Shown piece after piece: positions 17,716-26,289 of a stretch of 64,000 bases of DNA. Under the pieces are notes generated by a model. It saw nothing but the letters and a program-made list of their open reading frames with translations. It did not search any database and was not told the DNA's origin. Position 1 is the first letter of the stretch. The number at the start of each line of letters is the position of its first letter. A program made the translations under genes and the position numbers. The DNA comes from Candidatus Tayloriibacteriota bacterium (GTDB lineage: Bacteria > Patescibacteriota > Minisyncoccia > Phycocordibacterales > CAIRYW01), in NCBI GenBank assembly GCA_028286725.1, contig JAQBQZ010000013.1, positions 15,216-79,215 on the forward strand, written 5' to 3'.

Positions 17716-19074
17716 ATGAACAAAAAATTTTCTTTATATTCAAAATTTTTTGTCACTGCTCAAACTATTGTCATACTCCTTATGGGGGCAGGACTCTCTT
17801 GGTATTTTGGGTATATCGTATATGAAAACGAAAAGAGTGCTCTTATAAATAGAGTTTATAATATTGCAACAACGTTGGATTCTGACACTATATCAGGACT
17901 CAGGGGCGATCCTACAGATCTTTCAAATCCAAATTATGTTTATCTCAAAAAGAAATTGGTGGATCTGCGAAATGTGAATACAGATGCGAGATTTTTGTAT
18001 GTGCTTGGATATCGACCTGCTGTAGAAAAATTATTCTTTTATGCCGATTCAGAGAGTCCTGATTCTGTGGATACTTATTCTCCTCCAGGTGAACTCTATA
18101 ATCAAACAACGAAGCTTGAGATCGATAATTTTTTGCGGGGCATAGCGTTTGCAGAGAATCCATATTCGGATGACTGGGGAAGATGGGTGAGCGCGTCAGC
18201 ACCAATAATCTCATCAGAGACCGGACTACCGATTGCAATGGTGGGTATTGATATTGACGCAAGCAAGCTCATTAAAGATATTGTGCTTGTGTCCCTCTTT
18301 CCATTTATTATTGCGATAATTCTCGCAATACTTTTCTTTGTATTTCATAAGATGAGAATGCGAGAAAAACTAAATGAGCTCAATAACGTAAAGCTCGAGT
18401 TCTCTTCTTTTATGTCTCATGAGATCAGGGGATTTGTAACAAAAGTAAAAGGCGGACTTCGGGCACTCGAACATGAGGATTTTGGAATACTGACTCCTGA
18501 TCAATCTTCGTATGTCAAAGATATGATAGTTCAGAGCGATGAGTTTGCTGAGCTTGTAGAAGAATTTCTTGATGTTGGTCATCTCGAACAGGATATTGAA
18601 ATGTCGCTTCTTATGGAGAACTACAATATTTTGGATATCTTGAAGAGGGTTGTGGCGGATATTGCCGATACGCTTCATCGAAAAGAAATATCTATTATCT
18701 ACGAAGGAAATATTCCTGACAAAGTATATTGTCCGTGCGATAACAACAAGATGGGACGGGTGTTCTCAAATATTCTTTTGAATGCCGCAAAATATTCTCC
18801 AGAAAAAAGCTCGATCCGAATCGGGTATGTAGATGCGAATACTTCGCATACTATTTATATCAAAGATTCTGGTATTGGTATCCCAGATTCACAAAAAGAA
18901 AGCATGTTCAAAAAATTCTTCCGTGCTAATAACGCGAGAGATATACATACATCAGGAACTGGGCTTGGGCTTTATTTCTCAAAACTCATTGTTGAGAAGC
19001 ATCGAGGAAGGATCTGGTATGAATCTGTAGAAGGGAATGGAACTACGTTTTATATCTCATTACCAAAACAGTAG
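17716..19074 (+). CDS. sensor histidine kinase with an extracytoplasmic domain; no adjacent response regulator
   Basis: H-box FMSHEIRGF and HATPase motifs (NILLNAAKYSP, DSGIGIP, GTGLGLYFSK). Confidence 0.75.
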   Translation: MNKKFSLYSKFFVTAQTIVILLMGAGLSWYFGYIVYENEKSALINRVYNIATTLDSDTISGLRGDPTDLSNPNYVYLKKKLVDLRNVNTDARFLYVLGYRPAVEKLFFYADSESPDSVDTYSPPGELYNQTTKLEIDNFLRGIAFAENPYSDDWGRWVSASAPIISSETGLPIAMVGIDIDASKLIKDIVLVSLFPFIIAIILAILFFVFHKMRMREKLNELNNVKLEFSSFMSHEIRGFVTKVKGGLRALEHEDFGILTPDQSSYVKDMIVQSDEFAELVEEFLDVGHLEQDIEMSLLMENYNILDILKRVVADIADTLHRKEISIIYEGNIPDKVYCPCDNNKMGRVFSNILLNAAKYSPEKSSIRIGYVDANTSHTIYIKDSGIGIPDSQKESMFKKFFRANNARDIHTSGTGLGLYFSKLIVEKHRGRIWYESVEGNGTTFYISLPKQ

Positions 19075-19088
19075 GAAATTTACACAAA

Positions 19089-19122
19089 AATCAGCCGCGC
19101 CCAAAGGGCGCGGCTGATTTTT
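19089..19122 (+). terminator. terminator
   Basis: aatcagccgcgcccaaagggcgcggctgattttt. Confidence 0.7.
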
Positions 19123-19654
19123 ACCCAGGACACTATCCCGTTGACATTTCTATATTGAGGAGTATCCTATATCTTATGTTAAAAGTTACGCGAAATTTCT
19201 TTGGTTTCTATTTTTGGAACAATCCCAAACAGGATTAGTGATTTTGCGTAACCTCCAAAAACACCAATTCTGTAAAAGGGATTGGTGTTTTTTATTAAAC
19301 TATTTTGTTCGCTTTCGGGATGGTGTGCTTCTACAGCGGAGCATACCTATCCGACAGGGAAAACCTAGGAATCTGATTGTTCATTTTCAAACCACATAAA
19401 TCATGAAACTAAACGTAAATATTGTTACACTGGCACTGTTTTTTCAACAGCTGGCAATAATATCTTCGAATGCGAAGACAAAACCAACTGCTGTTAGTCA
19501 GCGCGGTACTGTCGCTGTCCTTGAGTTTTCAGTAGAAGCAATTGAGTCGGTGGATTTTATTACCACTACTCTTTGTTCTGCTAGTAACGGAGTGGCATGC
19601 AGTGGTGTTCAGGTGGAATGACTTGATGGCAATTCGGAATTAAATCTCCGTCTT

Positions 19655-19696
19655 GCCACATTTTTAGGGAAGTAAAATTTATTTAACTTTCCTTAG
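19655..19696 (+). repeat. 42-bp direct repeat, copy 1, with an internal hairpin; immediately upstream of the ATG of the PheA-like gene
   Basis: gccacatttttagggaagtaaaatttatttaactttccttag. Confidence 0.6.
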
Positions 19697-20551
19697 ATGT
19701 TTCTTACAGCTGTTCTTTACATTATGAAAACATTTTATTTGGGTCCAGACGGATCTTTTTCGGGGTTGGCCTTGAATAGGGCTATCGAACTCATGAATGT
19801 TTCTGAATCGGAGAGAATTGATGCTGGTGAAAATTCCAACATCATACCTTTGCTTCGTGACAATCATGGGTCACTCGCTGTCGCAGCGATGCATACGGAC
19901 GCAGAAGGTCGTGTAGAAGATCTCTTTCGGTCTCTTATGCGCCTCCTTGATACTGGTGCACAAATCAGTATTGGTGCAGCACTCGTTACACCAATTCAGT
20001 TTACGCTTATGGGAAGACGGGGGATAAATCTCGGTAACGCGAAGGGAGTTGTCGCACACAAAAAAGGTTTGGGTGCGTGTCCTCGCATGGTTGAAGCGCT
20101 CCTTAATTCAGAAGAGGTGACAAGTAATTCAAGAGCCGCACTCTTGGTAGCGACTGAAGAAAGGTTTGGTGATTGGCTTGCACTTGCATCTCTAGGTTGC
20201 GCGGAAAAATTTGGTCTAGAGGTTATTGCGGAGAATGTCTCTAATGAACCTGCGGTTACAACATTCTATGTCTTTGGTAACGGACTTAAACTTCCAAAGT
20301 TGAAGTCAGGATGTTGGCGACTCTTGTCATTCGTTGATCTCCTCGATGTGCCTGGATCACTCCACGAGCTAACAGGGGCTGTGAAAGAGCATAATTCGCT
20401 GTATATTCATTCCATTCACAAAGACGCCAAGAACTATCGTTTTGTGATTGAAATCGAATTTGGAGATGAAGAAACTGCTCTCGTTGCCGCGGAAAAGATT
20501 TCTCGCGCGACCCTCAAAGCCATGTCATTCGCGTTTCCGGTTTTGTCGTAA
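19697..20551 (+). CDS. pheA: prephenate dehydratase-like protein (PDT plus ACT domains)
   Basis: FYLGPDGSFS N-terminal PDT signature; C-terminal ACT-like LLSFVDLLDVPGSLHE. The TRF motif reads TTF (ENVSNEPAVTTF). Confidence 0.6.
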   Translation: MFLTAVLYIMKTFYLGPDGSFSGLALNRAIELMNVSESERIDAGENSNIIPLLRDNHGSLAVAAMHTDAEGRVEDLFRSLMRLLDTGAQISIGAALVTPIQFTLMGRRGINLGNAKGVVAHKKGLGACPRMVEALLNSEEVTSNSRAALLVATEERFGDWLALASLGCAEKFGLEVIAENVSNEPAVTTFYVFGNGLKLPKLKSGCWRLLSFVDLLDVPGSLHELTGAVKEHNSLYIHSIHKDAKNYRFVIEIEFGDEETALVAAEKISRATLKAMSFAFPVLS

Positions 20552-20587
20552 TGTGACGGCGACTGCAGAACTCAACATTCTGCACTC

Positions 20588-20629
20588 GCCACATTTTTAG
20601 GAAAGTGAAATTTATTTGACTTTCCTTAG
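20588..20629 (+). repeat. 42-bp direct repeat, copy 2
   Basis: gccacatttttaggaaagtgaaatttatttgactttccttag, followed by ggtgaaaATG of a 17-codon ORF. Confidence 0.6.
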
Positions 20630-20723
20630 GTGAAAATGAAAAAACAAAACATACAATCAAATAATTATTATTGGCAACTTAGTCTTTGAGACAAGGTGCT
20701 GATATTTACTATTTCTATTAAAT

Positions 20724-20760
20724 AACAACACCTCGTCTCAAGGCGAGGTGTTGTTCTTTT
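20724..20760 (+). terminator. terminator
   Basis: aacaacacctcgtctcaaggcgaggtgttgttctttt. Confidence 0.65.
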
Positions 20761-20776
20761 AAAAGGTAAATATAAT

Positions 20777-20824
20777 TACACCATAGCTAAAAGAAATTTT
20801 ATAATTTCTTTTAGCTATGGTGTA
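20777..20824. promoter_or_regulatory. perfect 22-bp-arm inverted repeat with a 4-nt spacer, about 50 bp upstream of the ligase-like gene; operator candidate
   Basis: tacaccatagctaaaagaaatt ttat aatttcttttagctatggtgta. Confidence 0.5.
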
Positions 20825-20873
20825 AAACTGACCCTAACAATTTTTCACTGCAGGGAGTGAAAATACATAACTT

Positions 20874-22037
20874 ATGAACCTCGAAGATTTATTTGCCCAA
20901 GGTTTTGGATTTGTGAGGAATGGGGATCTTAAACCATTTCCTTTTGACCATCGAACACCTGTGAGATCTGGATCTGAATTTGGTGTTACGAAGGAAAGTG
21001 TTCGGGAAATAGCTAGTGCTTGGACTCGATGGAGGAATATCGTAAAATCACTTCTCGCGAATAAAGAAGCGGACACTCTTATTAGGAATCAGGTTACTCC
21101 ATCTGATCAGATCAAAATGGAGTGGTCACATGTTACTCCGGACTATGAGCGTTATTTCGGAAATCCTTTACATGTGACAAGGATTGATTTAACGATTGAT
21201 ACCGAAGGAAAGTTAAGGATTCTTGATCCGAATGTTATGCCTTACGGTATTCCGGCGATAGTTGCGGCCGGTGAAGCTCTTGGTCTGACGTCGCATAAAC
21301 AATATCTTCAGGCACTTAAGAGTTCTGGAGTAACGTGGGTATGTGATGATTATCATGGAGGGTTGCCGACTGTTGAGTGGCTTTGTCGGTATGCGGGCAT
21401 CAGTTTTTGCCGCAGTTCAAATTTTAAGGGAGCTCATTCTGTTATTCGCCTTTCTCGGGAAGATGTCAGGGGTATGGAGTCAACGGTCGGCATCTCCGGT
21501 ATCAGGGTGTATGAAAGTCAGTTATGGCCAGCACTTATTAATCTGGGTGCAACAAAGATTTTTGGCCTCAATGTAAACGCCGCTCAACTTGAATGGTTTC
21601 GCAACATGGTGACACAAACCTATTTAGCAAAAATATCTGGAGGCAAAGCACTGGTGGCTGTGTCGATGGATACACAAGGATTCTATTGGATTCCTTTTGA
21701 GGAGTTCTGTCGGATTCATAATACATGCTCTCGTAGTATGGATAAAATTTTTGTGAAGAGGATTCATTCTTCTGGGTCTCGTTCTGTTTCATTCTGCGAT
21801 GCGACACAGGTGTCAATTCTAGAGTGCGCAGCATCAAATAAGGTGGGTATCAGGGATAACGAAATGTTTCTGATTCAGCCTGCTGTATCCTGTACCATAG
21901 GTTCTTCGAGAGTCAGGATCGCTCTTTACATAGGCTATCAAGGTCAGTGTATTGGAGCAGAGGTTCTCCGCGTTGCAGGGAGTAAGAGGATTGCTCATGG
22001 TTCGAGTGATTCCAAGGTCAGTTATTTAACCTTTTAA
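20874..22037 (+). CDS. hypothetical protein, possibly a circularly permuted ATP-grasp/glutathionylspermidine-synthetase-like ligase
   Basis: HVTRIDLTIDTEGKLRILDPNVMPYGI resembles the R-x-D...E-x-N-x-x-P segment of the GSP-synth pre-ATP-grasp fold; weak. Confidence 0.35.
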   Translation: MNLEDLFAQGFGFVRNGDLKPFPFDHRTPVRSGSEFGVTKESVREIASAWTRWRNIVKSLLANKEADTLIRNQVTPSDQIKMEWSHVTPDYERYFGNPLHVTRIDLTIDTEGKLRILDPNVMPYGIPAIVAAGEALGLTSHKQYLQALKSSGVTWVCDDYHGGLPTVEWLCRYAGISFCRSSNFKGAHSVIRLSREDVRGMESTVGISGIRVYESQLWPALINLGATKIFGLNVNAAQLEWFRNMVTQTYLAKISGGKALVAVSMDTQGFYWIPFEEFCRIHNTCSRSMDKIFVKRIHSSGSRSVSFCDATQVSILECAASNKVGIRDNEMFLIQPAVSCTIGSSRVRIALYIGYQGQCIGAEVLRVAGSKRIAHGSSDSKVSYLTF

Positions 22038-22043
22038 CTTCAG

Positions 22044-22072
22044 CTGCCTGGCGAGCAATCGTCAGGCAGTGA
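22044..22072 (+). terminator. terminator
   Basis: ctgcctggcgagcaatcgtcaggcag. Confidence 0.5.
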
Positions 22073-22098
22073 ATTTATATTATATAATTAAGTTTCAA

Positions 22099-23214
22099 AT
22101 GAAAAATAAAATAATTATTCTCTTAGAAGATTTGGTAAATATAGAAAGTTTTGTTGATTCTAGGTGCAATGAGATCAAATTATCTCAGTTTATTTCCGAC
22201 TGGTTTTTGACAAATATTCCAACATTGGAAAAATATGAAATCGAAGTAGAGGGTGATAGAAAAAACATGCTATTTATTTCTCCTGAAACAAAAATATTAT
22301 TTTGTTGCCATATGGACACCGTTTTGCTATCTAAAGGACAGGCAACTGGCCTTACCATTTCTCAAGATAAGCTTTTTGGTTTAGGAAGCAAAGATATGAA
22401 AGGAGGGATGGCTGCTGCGTTACTAGCAGTTTCGTCATTGGATGCAGAGGATATTTCTAAAGCAGGATTTCTTTTTTATTGTGATGAGGAATATTCACAA
22501 AAGGGAATGGAGACTATGATGAATAATTTTGCTGATATTCCAAAAAACTTGCTTTGCCTGATCAGTCCTGAGTCCTCTTTTAAAATTTCTTTTGGATGCA
22601 AAGGATACATTTCTTTTGATGTTGAGGTTGAAGGTGAGTCTGCACATAGTGCTCGTCCGTTGCTTGGTATACACGCGGGAGAAAAGCTGTTTGCTTTATA
22701 TGAAGAGATGAAAAAGGAATTCACCTTTTCTAATGAATTAGGGGTAGAAACTCTTACGATGGTGGGAAGCGAAATTGGTACCATGATCAATGGCGTTGTT
22801 CTGCCTATGTATAACAAAGTACCTGATTTTGCCCTTGGAAATTTTTCACTTCGGATTCCTTATAAATACAGCACAAAAGATTTTGAAGACAAAATTTACT
22901 CGCTTGCAGAAAAAAATAATATTAAAATTAAGAGTATGATAGTGAAGATAATAAGGCATCCAGGATCGGTAAAAGATGTAGCAATAATAGACAAGTTCAT
23001 TATTTTAGCCAAGGAAGTTGGTTTTTTAATAGAAAAAAATAATCCAAACTTATCAGGTTATAATGATGTTGCAATGCTGAGTTCAATCATTGATGTTCCA
23101 TTCTTTAACTTTGGCCCATATGGAGAACATAATCATACAAAGAATGAGTACGTCAGCTTGTCTTCAATAGAAGACACAATAGAAATATTTTCTAACTTTA
23201 TTAAAAAAATATAA
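22099..23214 (+). CDS. M20-family metallopeptidase/deacylase (ArgE/DapE-like)
   Basis: LEDLVNIES, HMDTV, GSKDMKGG and EEYSQKG metal-ligand motifs. Confidence 0.65.
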   Translation: MKNKIIILLEDLVNIESFVDSRCNEIKLSQFISDWFLTNIPTLEKYEIEVEGDRKNMLFISPETKILFCCHMDTVLLSKGQATGLTISQDKLFGLGSKDMKGGMAAALLAVSSLDAEDISKAGFLFYCDEEYSQKGMETMMNNFADIPKNLLCLISPESSFKISFGCKGYISFDVEVEGESAHSARPLLGIHAGEKLFALYEEMKKEFTFSNELGVETLTMVGSEIGTMINGVVLPMYNKVPDFALGNFSLRIPYKYSTKDFEDKIYSLAEKNNIKIKSMIVKIIRHPGSVKDVAIIDKFIILAKEVGFLIEKNNPNLSGYNDVAMLSSIIDVPFFNFGPYGEHNHTKNEYVSLSSIEDTIEIFSNFIKKI

Positions 23215-23223
23215 TTAAACAAT

Positions 23224-23856
23224 ATGTATCTCGCACAATTTCTTACGATTGCAGTTATTCACCTCCTGGCTGTCGCAAGCCCAGGGCCTGATTTTGTTGT
23301 TGTTACTAAAAATAGTCTTTCGTATTCAAGAAGGGTGGGAGTGTACACAGCGCTCGGTGTTGCTCTCGGTATCGCAATTCACATCACATATTGTCTTTTG
23401 GGTATCGCGCTCATCATTTCACAATCAATAATCATCTTCAGTATTATTAAATATATTGGCGCTGCATATCTAATTTGGATCGGATACAAAGGTCTTCGTA
23501 CAAAGGCAAAGTCTGAAGTCGATATAGATGTGGAAAAGAATGAAAAAAAAGATCTGCCTATTTCCTCCGCGATCAAATCAGGATTTCTTGTAAATGTCCT
23601 CAATCCAAAAGCAACACTTTTCTTACTTGCTGTTTTTACTCAGGTCATAAATCCTGAGACACCGAAGTTCATTCAGACTCTTTATGGGCTCGAAATGATC
23701 GTTGCGACATTTGTATGGTTTGCTCTTGTGTCCGCAATCTTCTCGAATAAATTAATGAAACGTAAAATCACCCGACTTAGTCACTGGATCGACAGAGTGG
23801 GTGGGGCAGTGATGCTTGCTCTTGGTATTAAAGTTGCAATCTCTACTCAAAAATAG
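23224..23856 (+). CDS. LysE/RhtB-family amino-acid exporter
   Basis: N-terminal AVASPGPDF motif; 6 TM helices. Confidence 0.7.
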   Translation: MYLAQFLTIAVIHLLAVASPGPDFVVVTKNSLSYSRRVGVYTALGVALGIAIHITYCLLGIALIISQSIIIFSIIKYIGAAYLIWIGYKGLRTKAKSEVDIDVEKNEKKDLPISSAIKSGFLVNVLNPKATLFLLAVFTQVINPETPKFIQTLYGLEMIVATFVWFALVSAIFSNKLMKRKITRLSHWIDRVGGAVMLALGIKVAISTQK

Positions 23857-23896
23857 CTATTTTATACATACAGATTTCTGTGCTAAAGTTATCTCT

Positions 23897-24757
23897 ATGA
23901 TATTACTTGATGGAAAAAAACTAAATGGAGAGATTGCAGATGGACTCAAAAAAAAGATTGAGGAGAGTGGCATTAGGCCTACTCTTGCGATCATTCAGGT
24001 GGGGAATGTTGAGGAGTCTAATGCATACATAAGGCACAAGAAAAGCTACGGAGAGAGAATTGGGGCAAATGTAGTGCACATTGTCTTGGCCTCCGATATT
24101 CCTGAAACAGAACTCATAAACAAAATAAATGAGCTAAACAATGATAGTGGAGTAAATGGAATCATTGTTCAGCTTCCAATCTCAAAACATCTCGATAAAA
24201 ACAAGGTGATCGAAAGTGTTAGTCCTATGAAAGATGTGGACGGGCTTCATTCTATAAATGCAGGTAAGGTTTTCTCAGATGATCTAACAGGTGTAACTCC
24301 TGCGACTCCAAAAGGAGTGATCTCTCTTTTAAAACATTACGGTATAAAGATAGAGGGTAAGAGAGCTCTTGTAATAGGCAAGTCAATGCTTGTGGGAAAG
24401 CCTGTGGCGATGTTGTTGCTTCGAGAAGGTGCGACGGTGACTATTGCTCATAGTAAAACAGAAAATCTCAAAGATGTCGTAAAAGAAAGCGATATTGTCG
24501 TGGTAGCAGTAGGTAAAGCAGGACTTATTACAAAGGAAATGGTGCGAGAGGGGCAGGTGATCGTTGATGTGGGGACCAACAGTGTTGAAGGAGAGAAAAC
24601 TCTCGAGGAGATACCGACACGAAAACTAGTGGGGGATGTCGCGTTTGATGAAGTGAAAGATATTGTCTATGCGATATCTCCAGTACCAGGCGGGGCGGGA
24701 CCGATGACTGTCGCAAGTTTGTTTGAGAATTTAGTAGAAGTAAGTTTAAAGAAATAA
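23897..24757 (+). CDS. folD: bifunctional methylene-THF dehydrogenase/cyclohydrolase
   Basis: ILLDGKKL, IVQLPI, PVPGGAGPMTVA. Confidence 0.85.
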   Translation: MILLDGKKLNGEIADGLKKKIEESGIRPTLAIIQVGNVEESNAYIRHKKSYGERIGANVVHIVLASDIPETELINKINELNNDSGVNGIIVQLPISKHLDKNKVIESVSPMKDVDGLHSINAGKVFSDDLTGVTPATPKGVISLLKHYGIKIEGKRALVIGKSMLVGKPVAMLLLREGATVTIAHSKTENLKDVVKESDIVVVAVGKAGLITKEMVREGQVIVDVGTNSVEGEKTLEEIPTRKLVGDVAFDEVKDIVYAISPVPGGAGPMTVASLFENLVEVSLKK

Positions 24758-24762
24758 TATAT

Positions 24763-25086
24763 ATGGAACCTAAACTTTTTGAGGGAATTCCACTAATGGA
24801 TTGGCAACAGTTTACAAGGGCGACCCATAACCTTAGAACCAGTCTTAGTGATATAGAAGGTGAAAAGATTGTTGAATTAAATGCTTCAAACCAAGTTAAT
24901 GTGGGGACTCCTGATGACCGAATTAATAAGGTTCCACCAGGATTTAGGCAACAGCTGGAAGAAGAGCTTGCTGCTTTTGAGACAGACTCTTTTAAGGCTA
25001 TGATGGCAAAACTAGAAGATGGAGGAGAAAGAAAAAAACTGGAAGATGATATAATGAGAGCTCGGACGTATTTATTAGCAATTTAA
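24763..25086 (+). CDS. hypothetical protein
   Basis: 107-aa ORF; family not recognised. Confidence 0.35.
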   Translation: MEPKLFEGIPLMDWQQFTRATHNLRTSLSDIEGEKIVELNASNQVNVGTPDDRINKVPPGFRQQLEEELAAFETDSFKAMMAKLEDGGERKKLEDDIMRARTYLLAI

Positions 25087-25097
25087 TCAATAAACAT

Positions 25098-25898
25098 ATG
25101 GAAAACAACACAAATCTATTAACATCACACAGATTCAAGCAAGCTGTGCTTACGGTACTTACATTTCTTGCGGTCTTCTTGATTGCAAAGTCTATCAATG
25201 AATTCTCACACTTTGGACAGCGAAGCGCGACAGATGTTCAAGATATGATCACTGTACAGGGGAAGGGTGAAGTATTTGCAGTACCTGATATCGCAACATT
25301 CTCATTCGGAATCACTGAAACTGGCAAAGATGTTGGAGAGGCAAACAACAAGGCGTCGACAAAGAATAATGCGGCAATAAAATACCTTAAAGATGCAGGT
25401 ATTGCAGAAAAAGATATTCAAACAACTGGATACAGTGCAAATCCTCAATACGATAATACACAGGTTATGTGTGTGAAGTATCCTTGCCCAACACAGACTC
25501 CAAAAATCATTGGATATGAGGTGACAGAAAGTGTTGCGGTCAAAGTACGAAATACTGACAAGGCGGGAGATATTCTTTCTGGAGTAGGATCACTTGGAGT
25601 AACAAATATTAGTGGACTTACATTTACTATCGACGATGAGGATTCTATCCGAGCCGAAGCAAGATCAAAGGCAATCGCAGATGCGCGAGAGAAAGCGGAT
25701 GTGCTCGCAAAGGAGCTCGGAGTTCGAATTGATAAAGTATCTTCATTCTCTGAGGATGGAGGAGGTGTTGCTTATCCAGTGTTTGCAATGCAGTCAAAGG
25801 CGATGGATATGGCTGGAAATGCCGCTGTAGCACCTGAGATCGCAAAAGGGCAGAACAAGATCACCGTTGGAGTGAATGTGACTTACAGGATTAAATAA
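25098..25898 (+). CDS. SIMPL/DUF541 (BP26-like) periplasmic protein
   Basis: TM anchor, ITVQGKGEV...PDIATFSFGI and TGYSANPQYD motifs. Confidence 0.6.
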   Translation: MENNTNLLTSHRFKQAVLTVLTFLAVFLIAKSINEFSHFGQRSATDVQDMITVQGKGEVFAVPDIATFSFGITETGKDVGEANNKASTKNNAAIKYLKDAGIAEKDIQTTGYSANPQYDNTQVMCVKYPCPTQTPKIIGYEVTESVAVKVRNTDKAGDILSGVGSLGVTNISGLTFTIDDEDSIRAEARSKAIADAREKADVLAKELGVRIDKVSSFSEDGGGVAYPVFAMQSKAMDMAGNAAVAPEIAKGQNKITVGVNVTYRIK

Positions 25899-25938
25899 GG
25901 AGTAAGTAAGGAGTAAGTAAGAAGTAAGTAAGAAGTAA
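25899..25938. repeat. tandem 11-bp repeat (aggagtaagta-like) of about 3.5 units
   Basis: ggagtaagtaaggagtaagtaagaagtaagtaagaagtaa. Confidence 0.7.
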
Positions 25939-25967
25939 TGCACCGCGGCTTTGCCGCGGTGCATTTT
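25938..25967 (+). terminator. terminator
   Basis: gcaccgcggctttgccgcggtgcatttt. Confidence 0.7.
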
Positions 25968-26081
25968 CTATAGACGTGCCGCTCTAATCTGGCCATTTTT
26001 TCTACATTGACTTCCTCTCCTTCGTGGTGTATTATTCTATTACCTACCCCGAGAGGGGTTTTTTAGTATAAATTCAATTCT

Positions 26082-26261
26082 ATGTCTAAAATCACTGATT
26101 ATTTTAAAGAAGTAAAGGCAGAAATGGCACATGTAACATGGCCTTCAAGAAAGCAGACGACTCTGTTTACTCTTGTGGTTATTATTATTTCTCTCGTTGT
26201 TGCAATATACCTTGGACTTTTGGATTATGTTATCCGTATTGGATTCGGTAAACTGTTTTAA
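26082..26261 (+). CDS. secE: preprotein translocase SecE (59 aa, below the ORF-track cutoff)
   Basis: MSKITDYFKEVKAEMAHVTWPSRKQTTLFTLVVIIISLVVAIYLGLLDYVIRIGF, directly upstream of nusG. Confidence 0.8.
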   Translation: MSKITDYFKEVKAEMAHVTWPSRKQTTLFTLVVIIISLVVAIYLGLLDYVIRIGFGKLF

Positions 26262-26289
26262 TTTTATCCTTTAATTTTTAAATAATATT

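Larger units (their letters stand above)
19100..22075. other. compositionally anomalous GC-rich island, about 50% GC against a 33-40% background
   Basis: Base composition counted by eye in sampled 60-nt lines; bounded by terminators at 19089-19122 and 22044-22072. Confidence 0.5.

Noticed and set aside
19141-19175. TTGACA hexamer followed by tatatt as a possible promoter in the GC-island leader
   Set aside because: The spacer length does not fit sigma70 geometry (4 nt, or 18 nt to a poor -10 element), so I did not call it.
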